Below are positions 19,245-29,063 of a stretch of 64,000 nucleotides of DNA, in pieces. The first letter of the stretch is position 1. Every line of letters starts with the position of its first letter. A program made the position numbers and the translations under genes. Origin of the DNA: Eubacteriales bacterium (GTDB lineage Bacteria > Bacillota > Clostridia > Oscillospirales > CAG-272); contig JAZQGU010000047.1 of the NCBI GenBank assembly GCA_045540175.1, positions 187 to 64,186 of the forward strand, read 5' to 3'. The notes under the pieces are model-generated. The model had not been told where the DNA came from. It did no database searches and saw nothing but the letters and a program-made list of their open reading frames with translations.

Positions 19245-19550
19245 GGTAGGGGAGTGGCTTGTGTCCCCCCTCCCTCAAATACGATGTTACATTACAACCG
19301 AACAGGCGAACACATTCGCCCCTACGGAAACGTTTAAACTCTCTCGTAGGGGCGAGCATTGCTCGCCCGCGTAAATACGATGTTACATTGTTTTGGAATA
19401 CCTCATCCATCCGAGGTTTTCCTCTTAGACACCTTCCCCTGAGGGGAAGGCAAGACGGAGTTCACTCTGTCGGCGGTAGGGGAGGGGCAAGCTCGGAACC
19501 CCCAAAGCTCATTGCATTCGCTTCGGGGAACCCCTCGCGCTCCTCCCGCC
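19245..19550. repeat. REP-like cluster F (several GTAG REPs, a CCTTCCCC unit and a nested GGAACCCC module)
   Basis: Multiple palindromes shared with the other intergenic clusters. Confidence 0.85.
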
Positions 19551-19674
19551 GTAACGCTCCCGTGTGCACCGCAAGAGTTATATCGCGCAAAGATTTTTCC
19601 CATCATCTCTTTTCTATTGATAATTGGTAAAAAGTGTAATATAATAGGTATATGAAACCGAAAGGACTGTAAAA

Positions 19675-20445
19675 ATGAGCGGATTCAGAAAAACGGGCGA
19701 ACTGCCGATCTTAGTATCTGACAATATAATATTCAGCCACGGCTTCTCGACCCGCGAGGGCGGCGTCAGCCACGGAAACGGTCTTGACACTCTCGACCTC
19801 GGAATGGGTGACGAAAAAGACGTAATGGAAAACCGCCGACGCTTTGCTTCGGCGCTTGGCAGCGATATCTCAAATATGTTCTCGGCAAAGCAGATACATT
19901 CGAACATCGTGAAGACCGTCACAAAGGACGACCTCGGACGGCATTTTGAATGCGACGGCTTCGTCACAAGCGAAAAAGGGCTCCTTCTCACCGTCAAGGT
20001 CGCGGACTGCGTACCGATACTCCTGAGCGACGAAAGCGGCGTTATTGCCGCTGTTCACGCAGGATGGCGCGGAACCGTAAGCGGGATCGCAGTCAACGCC
20101 GTCAAAAAAATGCTTTCTCTCGGCGCATCGGCGGAAAACATCAAGGCAGCCATCGGCCCTTGTATCCATTCCTGCTGTTACGAGGTGGATGTTCCCTTCG
20201 TTTGTGCCGTAAAGGAAGCCGAATACGGAAAAGAGCTTCTGCCATTTATCGTCCCCGCAGAAAAAGAAGGCAAATTCTACGCAGATCTGACCGAAATGAA
20301 CCGACACCTGCTCATCTCGGCAGGTGTTAAGAAAGAAAACATAAATATTTGTCCCGTCTGCACCTGCTGCGAAAGCGAAAAATATTTTTCCCACCGAGCA
20401 AGTCACGGCAAGCGCGGGCTTATGATGGGCGGAATAGTCCTCTGA
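19675..20445 (+). CDS. pgeF: PgeF/YlmD/YfiH family purine nucleoside phosphorylase (peptidoglycan editing factor)
   Basis: HGFSTREGGVS, QIHS, ADCVPILL, AVHAGWRG, IGPCI..CCYEV, FSHR. Confidence 0.92.
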   Translation: MSGFRKTGELPILVSDNIIFSHGFSTREGGVSHGNGLDTLDLGMGDEKDVMENRRRFASALGSDISNMFSAKQIHSNIVKTVTKDDLGRHFECDGFVTSEKGLLLTVKVADCVPILLSDESGVIAAVHAGWRGTVSGIAVNAVKKMLSLGASAENIKAAIGPCIHSCCYEVDVPFVCAVKEAEYGKELLPFIVPAEKEGKFYADLTEMNRHLLISAGVKKENINICPVCTCCESEKYFSHRASHGKRGLMMGGIVL

Positions 20446-20463
20446 CTGTTTACAAAAAAGTTA

Positions 20464-20492
20464 TTGACAAATCAGGAAATATGTGCTAGAAT
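20464..20492 (+). promoter_or_regulatory. SigA promoter
   Basis: TTGACA-N17-TAGAAT with extended TG. Confidence 0.75.
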
Positions 20493-20498
20493 TACCGT

Positions 20499-20630
20499 TG
20501 CATAGGGAGTAGTTTGCGCTAATGCGTGTCAAGCCAACCATCCCGCGGAAGACCTCTTCCGATTGACTTGACTTAAAGAACGAGACTGTGTGCGGCATTT
20601 CCCGCGCATCGGCTCGTTATTTTTATTTTG
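20499..20630 (+). ncRNA. yybP-ykoY (Mn2+) riboswitch with overlapping intrinsic terminator
   Basis: CATAGGGAGTAG..GTCAAGCCAACCA..TTGACTTGAC..AACGAGACTGTG fits the family architecture; AACGAG..CTCGTT hairpin plus T tract; lies upstream of a P-type ATPase as in Lactococcus yoaB. Confidence 0.85.
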
Positions 20631-20671
20631 AATAAAATAACGTAAAATAATCCGAAAGGAATTAAATAAAA

Positions 20672-23326
20672 ATGAAGCATTACCTAACCGACAAAGAAGA
20701 AGTGCTTAAGGGCGTTTCTTCATCTCTTGACGGTCTCAGCACCGCAGAGGTTGAAGCCCGTCAGGCACGCGACGGAAAAAACAAGCTTGCCGAAGGCAAG
20801 AAGATAACCCTCTTCCAGAGGATCATCTCTCAGCTTGTCGACCCGATGGTACTCGTGCTCATCGGCGCGGCGATCGTATCGGCGGTGACCGAGCTTTCGC
20901 TCCACCCCGATAAGCTCCCGACCGACGTGTTTATCATTCTCGCGGTCGTCATTCTCAACACAGTTCTCGGTGTCGTACAGGAAAGCAAGGCGGAAAAAGC
21001 GATCGACGCGCTGAAGGAAATGGCTGCGGCAACGTCAAAGGTCATCCGCGACGGCAAGCTCGTCACAGTACGAAGCGAAGACCTCGTTGTCGGTGACATT
21101 GTCGTTCTCGAAGCGGGCGACGCAGTCCCTGCCGACGGACGAATACTCGAAAGCGCAAGCATGAAGATCGAGGAAGCGGCGCTCACGGGCGAAAGCGTTC
21201 CCTCCGATAAGGTCGACCACACTCTCACCGCCTCTGACAACGGCGACGTTCCGCTCGGCGACAGAAAGAATATGTGCTATATGGGCAGTGTCGTAGTTTA
21301 CGGACGCGGCTCCATGGTAGTAACGGGCATCGGTATGAATACCGAAATGGGTAAGATCGCAACCGCGATCACAGAAGCCGAGGAGGGCGAAACCCCTCTG
21401 CAGAAGAAGCTTTCTCAGCTTTCCAAGATACTCACCTGGCTCGTCCTCGGTATCTGCATATTTATGTTCGGATTCACTCTGTTTATGAACAGAGATATCC
21501 TCTCCTCCGATCACGCCTTCCAGGTAATCCTTGAAGACGCGTTTATGCCTGCCGTATCTCTTGCGGTCGCGGCTATTCCCGAAGGACTTGCCGCAGTCGT
21601 TACCATCGTCCTTTCGATGGGCGTTACCAAGATGTCTAAGCAGAACGCTATCATCCGCCGTCTTACCGCAGTTGAGACCCTCGGATGCACTCAGATAATC
21701 TGCTCCGATAAGACCGGTACTCTTACTCAGAACAAGATGACCGTCGTTGACAGCTGGGGAAGTGACAACAATCTCCTTGCCATCGGAATGGCACTCTGCT
21801 CCGATGCAAGCCCCGACGAAAGTGGCGAAGCAGTCGGTGAGCCTACCGAATGTGCTCTCGTAAACTACGCAACCAAGCTCGGTCTTCACAAAAACGAGAT
21901 CGAAAAGACCTCTCCCCGTATAGGTGAAGCACCCTTCGATTCGGGCAGAAAGATGATGTCTACCGTTCATAACGATAACGGAAATATCATTCAGTACACA
22001 AAGGGCGCTCCCGATGAGCTCCTTGCACGTTGCACCAAGATCCTCGTTAACGGAACCGAGGTTCCGCTCACCGATGAATATAAGGCAGAGATCCTCGGAA
22101 AGAACACCGAGTTTGCATCACAGGCGCTCCGCGTTCTCGCCTGTGCATACAAGAAGCATTCCGCAGCTCCCTCCGATTTCTCCCCTGCCGCACTTGAAAA
22201 TGACCTCGTCTTCGTAGGTCTCGTCGGAATGATCGACCCCGTTCGTCCCGAGGTTACCGAAGCAGTCAAGCAGTGCGTGCTTGCGGGCGTACGTCCCATA
22301 ATGATAACAGGTGACCACAAGGACACCGCAGTAGCTATCGCAAAGACTCTCGGAATCATCTCCGACGCATCGGAAGCGATCACGGGTGCCGAAATAGATA
22401 AGTACACCGACGAGGAATTTGACGAAGCAGTAACGAAGTTCTCCGTCTACGCGCGCGTTCAGCCCGAGCATAAGACGAGAATAGTCAACGCTTGGCGTAA
22501 GCGCGGAATGGTAACCGCTATGACGGGCGACGGAGTTAACGACGCGCCTTCTATCAAGAGCGCCGATATCGGTATCGGTATGGGTATAACGGGAACCGAC
22601 GTTACAAAGAACGTCGCCGATATGATCCTTGCCGACGACAACTTCGCAACCATCGTCTCGGCAGTTGCCGAAGGAAGAAGAATCTACGATAACATCACTA
22701 AGTGTATCCAGTTCCTCCTCTCCTCCAACCTCTCCGAGGTCATAAGCGTATTTACCGCAACCCTCTGCGGATTCACGATCCTCCGTGCTCCCCATCTTCT
22801 CTTTATCAACCTCGTAACCGACTCGGTTCCCGCGCTCGCACTCGGAACCGAAAAAGCAGAGCCCGACATTATGACCCGTAAGCCCCGTAAGAGCAACGAA
22901 GGCATATTTGCCGGCGGTATGGGCTTCAACATCGCATATCAGGGTATTATGATATCCCTCATCACCCTCGCCGCATACTTCATCGGACACTTTATGGAAA
23001 GCGGCAAATGGGAGATCGCACAGAGCCCCGACGGTATGACGATGGCATTCCTCGCAATGTCTATGGCAGAAATATTCCACTCCTATAACCTCCGCTCGCA
23101 CGGTTCGATCTTCAAGCTCAAGAGCCATAATATGATCCTCTGGGGCTCGATGGTAGTATCGCTTATTCTCACAAGCGCGCTCATCTTCATCCCCGCGCTC
23201 AGCGACCTCTTCGGATTCTCGCACATCAACTTCAAGGAATATATCGTAGCTCTCGGACTTGCAATTTCGACCATCCCGATCGTCGAGCTCGTAAAGCTCT
23301 GCACCAGGCGCAAGACAAACGAATAA
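20672..23326 (+). CDS. P-type ATPase, type IIA (Ca2+/Mn2+ exporter)
   Basis: LTGES, AVAAIPEGL, CSDKTGTLT, KGAPD, MTGDGVNDAP. Confidence 0.95.
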   Translation: MKHYLTDKEEVLKGVSSSLDGLSTAEVEARQARDGKNKLAEGKKITLFQRIISQLVDPMVLVLIGAAIVSAVTELSLHPDKLPTDVFIILAVVILNTVLGVVQESKAEKAIDALKEMAAATSKVIRDGKLVTVRSEDLVVGDIVVLEAGDAVPADGRILESASMKIEEAALTGESVPSDKVDHTLTASDNGDVPLGDRKNMCYMGSVVVYGRGSMVVTGIGMNTEMGKIATAITEAEEGETPLQKKLSQLSKILTWLVLGICIFMFGFTLFMNRDILSSDHAFQVILEDAFMPAVSLAVAAIPEGLAAVVTIVLSMGVTKMSKQNAIIRRLTAVETLGCTQIICSDKTGTLTQNKMTVVDSWGSDNNLLAIGMALCSDASPDESGEAVGEPTECALVNYATKLGLHKNEIEKTSPRIGEAPFDSGRKMMSTVHNDNGNIIQYTKGAPDELLARCTKILVNGTEVPLTDEYKAEILGKNTEFASQALRVLACAYKKHSAAPSDFSPAALENDLVFVGLVGMIDPVRPEVTEAVKQCVLAGVRPIMITGDHKDTAVAIAKTLGIISDASEAITGAEIDKYTDEEFDEAVTKFSVYARVQPEHKTRIVNAWRKRGMVTAMTGDGVNDAPSIKSADIGIGMGITGTDVTKNVADMILADDNFATIVSAVAEGRRIYDNITKCIQFLLSSNLSEVISVFTATLCGFTILRAPHLLFINLVTDSVPALALGTEKAEPDIMTRKPRKSNEGIFAGGMGFNIAYQGIMISLITLAAYFIGHFMESGKWEIAQSPDGMTMAFLAMSMAEIFHSYNLRSHGSIFKLKSHNMILWGSMVVSLILTSALIFIPALSDLFGFSHINFKEYIVALGLAISTIPIVELVKLCTRRKTNE

Positions 23327-23330
23327 TATA

Positions 23331-23391
23331 AAATCGGCACCCGACGGGTGCCGATTTTTTTTGCAAACAAAAAGACCCGTCAGGGTCTTTT
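23331..23391. terminator. Two adjacent terminators between convergent genes
   Basis: AAATCGGCACCCG-A-CGGGTGCCGATTTTT and AAAAGACCC-GTCA-GGGTCTTTT. Confidence 0.75.
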
Positions 23392-24075
23392 GTTGTTTTT
23401 CCTGTCCTTCATCTTCTTATTCACAAACACCAACCCTCCGCCAAGAAGCGCGCTGACAAGCACGGTCATAAGAAGCGTAAATTCCCAGGTGTCGGTAAAT
23501 GAAGTCGGTATACCGTACTTTTTCGCGTGAGCCTTTGCGACCTTGTTGCCGTTGAGATCGAAACGGAGCTTTTCACAGCCCATGAAAGCATCAATTCCGA
23601 TGTTCTGAAGCCCCTTTGGTATCTCAACCTTTCCAAGCATCAAACAGCCCTCAAAGGCAAAATCATCAATGCTTTCAAGGTTGCCCGGAAGCTTAAGAGT
23701 AAGCAGCGCCTTGCAGTCGCGGAATGCCGAACGTCCAATAAATACTCCGCCCTTGATAACGACCTTTTTGAGATAAGGACACTCGGCAAAAGCATATTCA
23801 CCGATTGAGACAACCGTCTTCGGAATGCGCACCTCCGTCAACACCATATCGCCGCGGCAGACCTGCGAAGCAATACGCGTAACGGGAAGTCCGTCAATCT
23901 TCTCGGGAATGTTCATAACAGTCCAGTCACCGTTGAATCCCTGAATAACGATCTCTCCTCTTTCGACCGTATACATAATGCCATCATCAGTCTCAAGAAC
24001 CTCCGCTTCCGCAGTAACCGTGAAACAACATAGCATTAAAGTCAATGCAAAAATCAAAGATAATATCTTTTTCAT
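23380..24075 (-). CDS. BspA-type leucine-rich repeat surface protein
   Basis: Signal peptide, IP..V.SIG.YAF..C repeats, C-terminal TM plus basic tail. Confidence 0.85.
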   Translation of the reverse strand: MKKILSLIFALTLMLCCFTVTAEAEVLETDDGIMYTVERGEIVIQGFNGDWTVMNIPEKIDGLPVTRIASQVCRGDMVLTEVRIPKTVVSIGEYAFAECPYLKKVVIKGGVFIGRSAFRDCKALLTLKLPGNLESIDDFAFEGCLMLGKVEIPKGLQNIGIDAFMGCEKLRFDLNGNKVAKAHAKKYGIPTSFTDTWEFTLLMTVLVSALLGGGLVFVNKKMKDRKNNKRP

Positions 24076-24259
24076 AAAAGTCTCCCAAATTTATTGTAAT
24101 TTGATTTTATCACATTTTACGCCATATCACAACACCGAGACAGAAATTTAACAAAAAAATCACGATTTAACCCCGTAAAAACCATTTATCGCCCCCACGT
24201 CCCGACCGATTTTTCAGAAGGCAAAGTATATAATAAACATATAAAATCTCCGCAAAAAA

Positions 24260-24392
24260 CGAAAGGGGTTCCCAAAGGGGAAAACGTTTAAAAATTTGCG
24301 AAGCGAATTTTTATCTGTTTGCCCCTTGGTGCCGTTCTTTGGCGTAGGTTTGCGAAGCAAAACTACTCATTTCATTGGGCAAGCAAGAAAGG
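24260..24392 (+). repeat. AAGGGG/CCCCTT structured element, copy 2 (abuts the spoIIGA RBS)
   Basis: Reverse complement of copies 1 and 3. Confidence 0.8.
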
Positions 24393-24407
24393 TGAGGAAG
24401 AACTACT

Positions 24408-25253
24408 ATGCAAACCATTTACGCCGATATATTATTCTTAATAAACTTCACAATGGATTTCCTCACCCTCTTTGTCACCGCCTCTATAATGCGCAGAAAA
24501 GTATCCGTCACACGTCTTTGTTTGTCATCCGCTATCGGCGGCATCTACGGCGTCGCGGCGGTGTTTATGCAAGGGGTACTGATAATCAACGTCTTTATAA
24601 ACCTCGCCGTTTCATATCTTATGTGCCTGATCGCCTTCAACAAAAGGATACTTCCCTGCTACGCCCTCTTTTACGGGACGGGATGCCTGCTCGGCGGTGC
24701 AATGACGGCATTTTTCACCTTCATGAACGGCGCACTGAACAACGTTTCCACGGAGAGCTCCGCTCCTCCAGGGAAAATACCGCTCGGCTGGATGGCATTA
24801 AGCGCTGCCGTTATCGGCATCGTTGCCATCGCCGGCGGACGAATGACAAGAAGAAACCGCTCCGTCCGATCCTGCCTCGTATCGGTCGTCACCCATTCGG
24901 GAGAACACTCCTTCGACGGAATCACCGACACGGGAAATCTCTTGACCGACCCAATAAGCGGCAGACCCGTCATAATCCTGCGCAAAAAGGAAATGATATC
25001 AGTTCTGCCGCAAGCTCTTGTACCGATATTCGAAAGCGAAGACCCCGCCAAGCTCACCGAAGCTGACGAAAAATATTACTCCTCGCTCCGTCTGATCCCG
25101 TCGTCCTCCGTCGGGGGAGACAAACTTCTTCTCGCATACATACCAAAGAAAATAACGCTCAGCGGCGCCGAGGTGTCGGCTCTGATCGCAATGGGCAATG
25201 AAGAAAGCTACGGCGGACACGCCGCCTTGATACCCGAAATTCTCACAAACTGA
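24408..25253 (+). CDS. spoIIGA: Sporulation sigma-E processing peptidase SpoIIGA
   Basis: [14 protein letters not shown]-terminus, DTGN.L.DP.SG.PV aspartic protease motif, upstream of sigE. Confidence 0.92.
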   Translation: MQTIYADILFLINFTMDFLTLFVTASIMRRKVSVTRLCLSSAIGGIYGVAAVFMQGVLIINVFINLAVSYLMCLIAFNKRILPCYALFYGTGCLLGGAMTAFFTFMNGALNNVSTESSAPPGKIPLGWMALSAAVIGIVAIAGGRMTRRNRSVRSCLVSVVTHSGEHSFDGITDTGNLLTDPISGRPVIILRKKEMISVLPQALVPIFESEDPAKLTEADEKYYSSLRLIPSSSVGGDKLLLAYIPKKITLSGAEVSALIAMGNEESYGGHAALIPEILTN

Positions 25254-25261
25254 GGTGGAAA

Positions 25262-25963
25262 ATGAAAATACTGTCGCTTGTAAAAAGTATTCTCAGCCGT
25301 ATTCTCGGCAAGAAAAACGGCGTATATTACATAAACGGGCCGGAAACGCTTCCTCCGCCTCTGACCCACGACGAGGAGACCGAGATCTTAACGAAGCTGG
25401 AGGACGATCCCTCTCTAAGAGCCGTGCTTGTCGAAAGGAACCTCCGCCTCGTCGTCTATATAGCGAAAAAATTTGAAAACACGGGCACAGGCATCGAGGA
25501 CCTTATTTCAATCGGAACAATAGGCCTTATCAAAGCGATAAACACCTTCAACGTAGATAAAAATATCAAGCTCGCAACCTACGCCTCCCGCTGTATCGAA
25601 AACGAGATACTGATGTATATCAGAAAAACCTCACGAACCCGCTTTGAAATGTCGATAGACGAGCCGCTGAATACCGACTGGGACGGAAACGAGCTTCTCC
25701 TTTCCGACGTCCTCGGAGGCGACGAGGACACCGTCTACCGCAATATGGAGGCAGACGAGGACAAAAAAACGATAGAGGACGCGATTTCAAAGCTGTCCGA
25801 GCGCGAGCAAACGATAATCCGCCTGCGCTTCGGAATGGACGGCAAAGACGAGCTGACCCAAAAGGAGGTAGCCGACCTGCTCGGCATATCGCAGTCCTAT
25901 ATTTCACGGCTCGAGAAGAAAATAATATCCCGCCTCCGAAAGGAAATTGAAACGAAGATATAG
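25262..25963 (+). CDS. sigE: RNA polymerase sporulation sigma factor pro-SigE
   Basis: Pro-sequence plus [42 protein letters not shown]. Confidence 0.96.
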   Translation: MKILSLVKSILSRILGKKNGVYYINGPETLPPPLTHDEETEILTKLEDDPSLRAVLVERNLRLVVYIAKKFENTGTGIEDLISIGTIGLIKAINTFNVDKNIKLATYASRCIENEILMYIRKTSRTRFEMSIDEPLNTDWDGNELLLSDVLGGDEDTVYRNMEADEDKKTIEDAISKLSEREQTIIRLRFGMDGKDELTQKEVADLLGISQSYISRLEKKIISRLRKEIETKI

Positions 25964-26035
25964 TAGCGTGTAACTTTCTTTCTCATAAAATGTATTAGGG
26001 AAACCTAATCTGTTAACAAGAAAGGAAGTAACAGT

Positions 26036-26902
26036 ATGACTGAAAAGAACCTTCTCCTTATCGGCGGAGACCTGCGTCAGCTTCACGCAGGCGATGCTTT
26101 ATCGGAGAATAACTATAAGATCTCATATTTCGCCCTCGATACATACAGGGACGGAAGCGACCTGACGTCTGCACTGAATAAAGCCGACGCAGTCCTTCTC
26201 CCTGTACCCGTTATGCGCGGCGAATATATGAATTTCCCGCTGTCCGATATCAAAATGACGCCGCGCTCCCTTGCGGGCGAAATAATAAACGGCATAAACC
26301 GGAATACCGTCATATTCGGTGGAAAATTCCCGCCCGATATGAAAACCGCGTTCGTCAACAACGGCGTCAAATACTTTGACCTTTGCGAAAGCGATACCTT
26401 CAATTATCTGAACGCCGTCCCGACAGCAGAAGGCGCCATAGCACTTTCGATGGGAAACACGCCCGTAACCGTTGACGGCAGTAAGAGCCTCGTTCTCGGC
26501 TACGGCAGAATAGGAAAATGCCTTAGCCGACGTCTTCACGCTCTCGGCTCGGCAGTCACCGTTGCGGCGCGAAAGGAAAAGGACCGCGCCGAGGCAATGA
26601 GCGACGGAATGACCGCTTCCGACTACCCGTCCCTGCCGTCCGTAATTAATAGCTTTGACATGGTATTCAACACGGTTCCGACTACCGTTCTGACCGAAGA
26701 AATGCTGTCGCGTCTGCGCGACGGTGTTCCCGTCATAGAGCTGGCATCAAAGCCGGGAGGAATAGATCCCGTCGGCGCTATCCGCCACGGCACGAGAGTA
26801 ATATCGGCCCAAAGCTTGCCGGGCAGAGTCGCGCCCGTTACCGCAGGCAGGATCATCGCAAAGTGCATTCTCGGCATAATGTCGGGAGGTGATGAAGGAT
26901 GA
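26036..26902 (+). CDS. spoVFA: Dipicolinate synthase subunit A
   Basis: IGGDLRQ, NAVPTAEGA, LGYGRIG, FNTVP, ELASKPGG, LPGRVAP. Confidence 0.92.
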   Translation: MTEKNLLLIGGDLRQLHAGDALSENNYKISYFALDTYRDGSDLTSALNKADAVLLPVPVMRGEYMNFPLSDIKMTPRSLAGEIINGINRNTVIFGGKFPPDMKTAFVNNGVKYFDLCESDTFNYLNAVPTAEGAIALSMGNTPVTVDGSKSLVLGYGRIGKCLSRRLHALGSAVTVAARKEKDRAEAMSDGMTASDYPSLPSVINSFDMVFNTVPTTVLTEEMLSRLRDGVPVIELASKPGGIDPVGAIRHGTRVISAQSLPGRVAPVTAGRIIAKCILGIMSGGDEG

Positions 26903-27456
26903 TCGGCTATGCATTCTGCGGATCTTTCTGCACCTTTGACCGATCGATCGCGGTACTGAGAGAGCTCGTTCACGACTACGACGTTTTACCGATAATGAGC
27001 TGCAATGCCGCCACGACCGACACGCGTTTCGGAAAAAGTGCCGACTTTATAAAAAAAATAACCGATATCTGCCGCCGCGACCCCATTCTCACAATAAAGG
27101 AAGCCGAGCCTCTCGGTCCCGCACGTCCCCTTGACGCACTCGTGATCGCGCCCTGCACGGGAAACACCCTCGCAAAGCTCGCGTCGGGCATCACCGACAC
27201 GTCGGTCACAATGGCGGCAAAAGCCCATCTTCGCCAAAGCCGACCGCTCCTCATTTCACTCGCAACAAACGATGCAATGTCCGCAAACCTCAAAAACATT
27301 TCAACCATGCTCGAAAAAAAGGGCGTTTTCTTCGTCCCCATGAAGCAGGACGATTGTCTCAGAAAGCCACATTCCCTCGTTGCGGAATTTGAAATGATAC
27401 CCGAATGCCTCTCCTCGGCATTGGCGGGCAAACAGCAAAGGCCGCTTTTCGTATAA
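26899..27456 (+). CDS. spoVFB: Dipicolinate synthase subunit B
   Basis: CGSFCT, DTRFG, AEPLGP, APCTGNTLAKLA, MAAKAHLR, QDD..KP.SL. Confidence 0.95.
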   Translation: MIGYAFCGSFCTFDRSIAVLRELVHDYDVLPIMSCNAATTDTRFGKSADFIKKITDICRRDPILTIKEAEPLGPARPLDALVIAPCTGNTLAKLASGITDTSVTMAAKAHLRQSRPLLISLATNDAMSANLKNISTMLEKKGVFFVPMKQDDCLRKPHSLVAEFEMIPECLSSALAGKQQRPLFV

Positions 27457-27489
27457 AAAGATCTGTCCGCATTTCAGCGGCAAATCACA

Positions 27490-27521
27490 AACACCGCCAA
27501 GGATTTTCTTTGGCGGTGTTA
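27490..27521 (+). terminator. Hairpin, probable terminator of spoVFAB
   Basis: AACACCGCCAAG..TTTGGCGGTGTT. Confidence 0.55.
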
Positions 27522-27645
27522 TTTCCGTTATACCGTTGTTTATTGACTTTTGCGATCGGCTATGTATAATAAAGCTCAATAATATCTGCAAGGACGCGGG
27601 CACCGTCCGCATGCTAAAATGTGGTCACAGAAAGGAGATGACTTT

Positions 27646-28869
27646 ATGGAAAACAAAAATTTAATTGACAAAGCCATCGGATTCATACAAAAGAATCCAA
27701 AAGACAATCTGTCGCTGCAGAGCATTGCGGACAATGCAGGATTTTCACTCACCTACTTTGACGCTATCTTCAGACAGCACACGGGATACAGCCCCGTGGA
27801 ATACTCCCGCGTTTACAAGCTCACGAGAAGCGCTCTTGAGCTTCGCATAACGCAAAAAAACATACTTGAAATTGCTCTCGACTTCGGTTATGAGAGCCCC
27901 GAAAGCTTCAGCCGGGCTTTTAAAAGCTTTTATAGTATGACACCGAGCAAATACCGAAAAAAGTATTCGGGAGAGGCAGTTACTTGGCACGATCTTTCGG
28001 GCAAAATCGCAATCAACCATTTCAGACGAAGCTTTCCCGAGCTAAAGGCATCGGACATTGACCTTGCCCTTGATTTCTGCTTCACTCATAATCCGTTGAA
28101 ATACGCAGAAGATATTGTAGGAATGACCGTTGCAGAGTCTGAGATCCTTACCCTCGGCAATTCCGAATCGCTTGAACATTTTGTTTATGTGTCGGATTAT
28201 AATTCTGCAGAGCCCGCCGTGATGCTAATCTGCGAAAACGAAGAAGATGCTATACAGTATTTAAAGCTTTTTTCAAAGCTTCCGAATCAAGGATTCTCTA
28301 TTCGCAGATCGGTCGATTCTGAATGGGAAAGCTTTGACGCTGAGATAGCCAAGCTCGGTTTAACCTGCCGTTACGGTTACGATATGATCTATCCAAAGGA
28401 TTCTGTTTCGGTTCCCGAATATGACGGATTGTCGATCCGTCTGCTGACTGCAGAGGATATGCCGCAAGTCAGGGTGTTCAAGCAAAACGGCGGATGCGCC
28501 GAATGCCACGTCAGAGCGATCCAAGTCCACTTTGACGGCAAAGGCAACGCAGGAACGATACCTATGGGAGTTTTTGAAAACGGTGAGCTAGTCTGCCTTG
28601 CAATGCCTTCGCTTGACTGTATCCGCAACCTCAGGAAATACGACATCGGTGCTATTTTTGCCGCTGATACATCCCAAAAAGAAAAAGCAATTGATTTGAT
28701 CTGGAAATACGCTATCGATTATTGCTTGAACGACAATGCAGTAATAGGAAATGCAAACGCTCTTGAGGATGATAATAATCCCTGGGAGAAAGATTCGCCT
28801 CTCGGAGTTGAAATTTGCGAGCGTTTGGGACTTGTTAAGGTAGCCAAGAACTGCGGATATCGCAAATAA
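27646..28869 (+). CDS. AraC-family regulator with N-terminal HTH and uncharacterised (possibly GNAT-like) C-terminal region
   Basis: IADNAGFS..YF...F, ILEIALDFGYESPESFSRAFK; AAAGGAG RBS. Confidence 0.85.
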   Translation: MENKNLIDKAIGFIQKNPKDNLSLQSIADNAGFSLTYFDAIFRQHTGYSPVEYSRVYKLTRSALELRITQKNILEIALDFGYESPESFSRAFKSFYSMTPSKYRKKYSGEAVTWHDLSGKIAINHFRRSFPELKASDIDLALDFCFTHNPLKYAEDIVGMTVAESEILTLGNSESLEHFVYVSDYNSAEPAVMLICENEEDAIQYLKLFSKLPNQGFSIRRSVDSEWESFDAEIAKLGLTCRYGYDMIYPKDSVSVPEYDGLSIRLLTAEDMPQVRVFKQNGGCAECHVRAIQVHFDGKGNAGTIPMGVFENGELVCLAMPSLDCIRNLRKYDIGAIFAADTSQKEKAIDLIWKYAIDYCLNDNAVIGNANALEDDNNPWEKDSPLGVEICERLGLVKVAKNCGYRK

Positions 28870-28890
28870 TTATAAAAGCCTTCCCCAAAG

Positions 28891-29031
28891 GCGGTTGCAA
28901 TAAAGAATTATCGCAACCGCAATGAAATATTACCTAACGGTAATATGAAATATTGCTAACACAATATAATATGCCCTTCGGGCATATTATGGTAAAAAAT
29001 GATCCGTTGCAAATCTGCAACGGATCATTTT
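28891..29031. repeat. Run of five short hairpins ending in a bidirectional terminator
   Basis: GCGGTTGC..GCAACCGC, two TGAAATATT..AATA units, ATAATATGCCC..GGGCATATTAT, AAAATGATCCGTTGCA..TGCAACGGATCATTTT. Confidence 0.65.
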
Positions 29032-29063
29032 AATTCTTAATATTTTGAGTTCTAACCTGATTT

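Noticed and set aside
19245-19550. CRISPR array
   Set aside because: Repeats are heterogeneous, inverted and irregularly spaced, with no unique spacers and no cas genes
24130-24240. Spo0A boxes upstream of spoIIGA
   Set aside because: No good match to TGNCGAA on either strand
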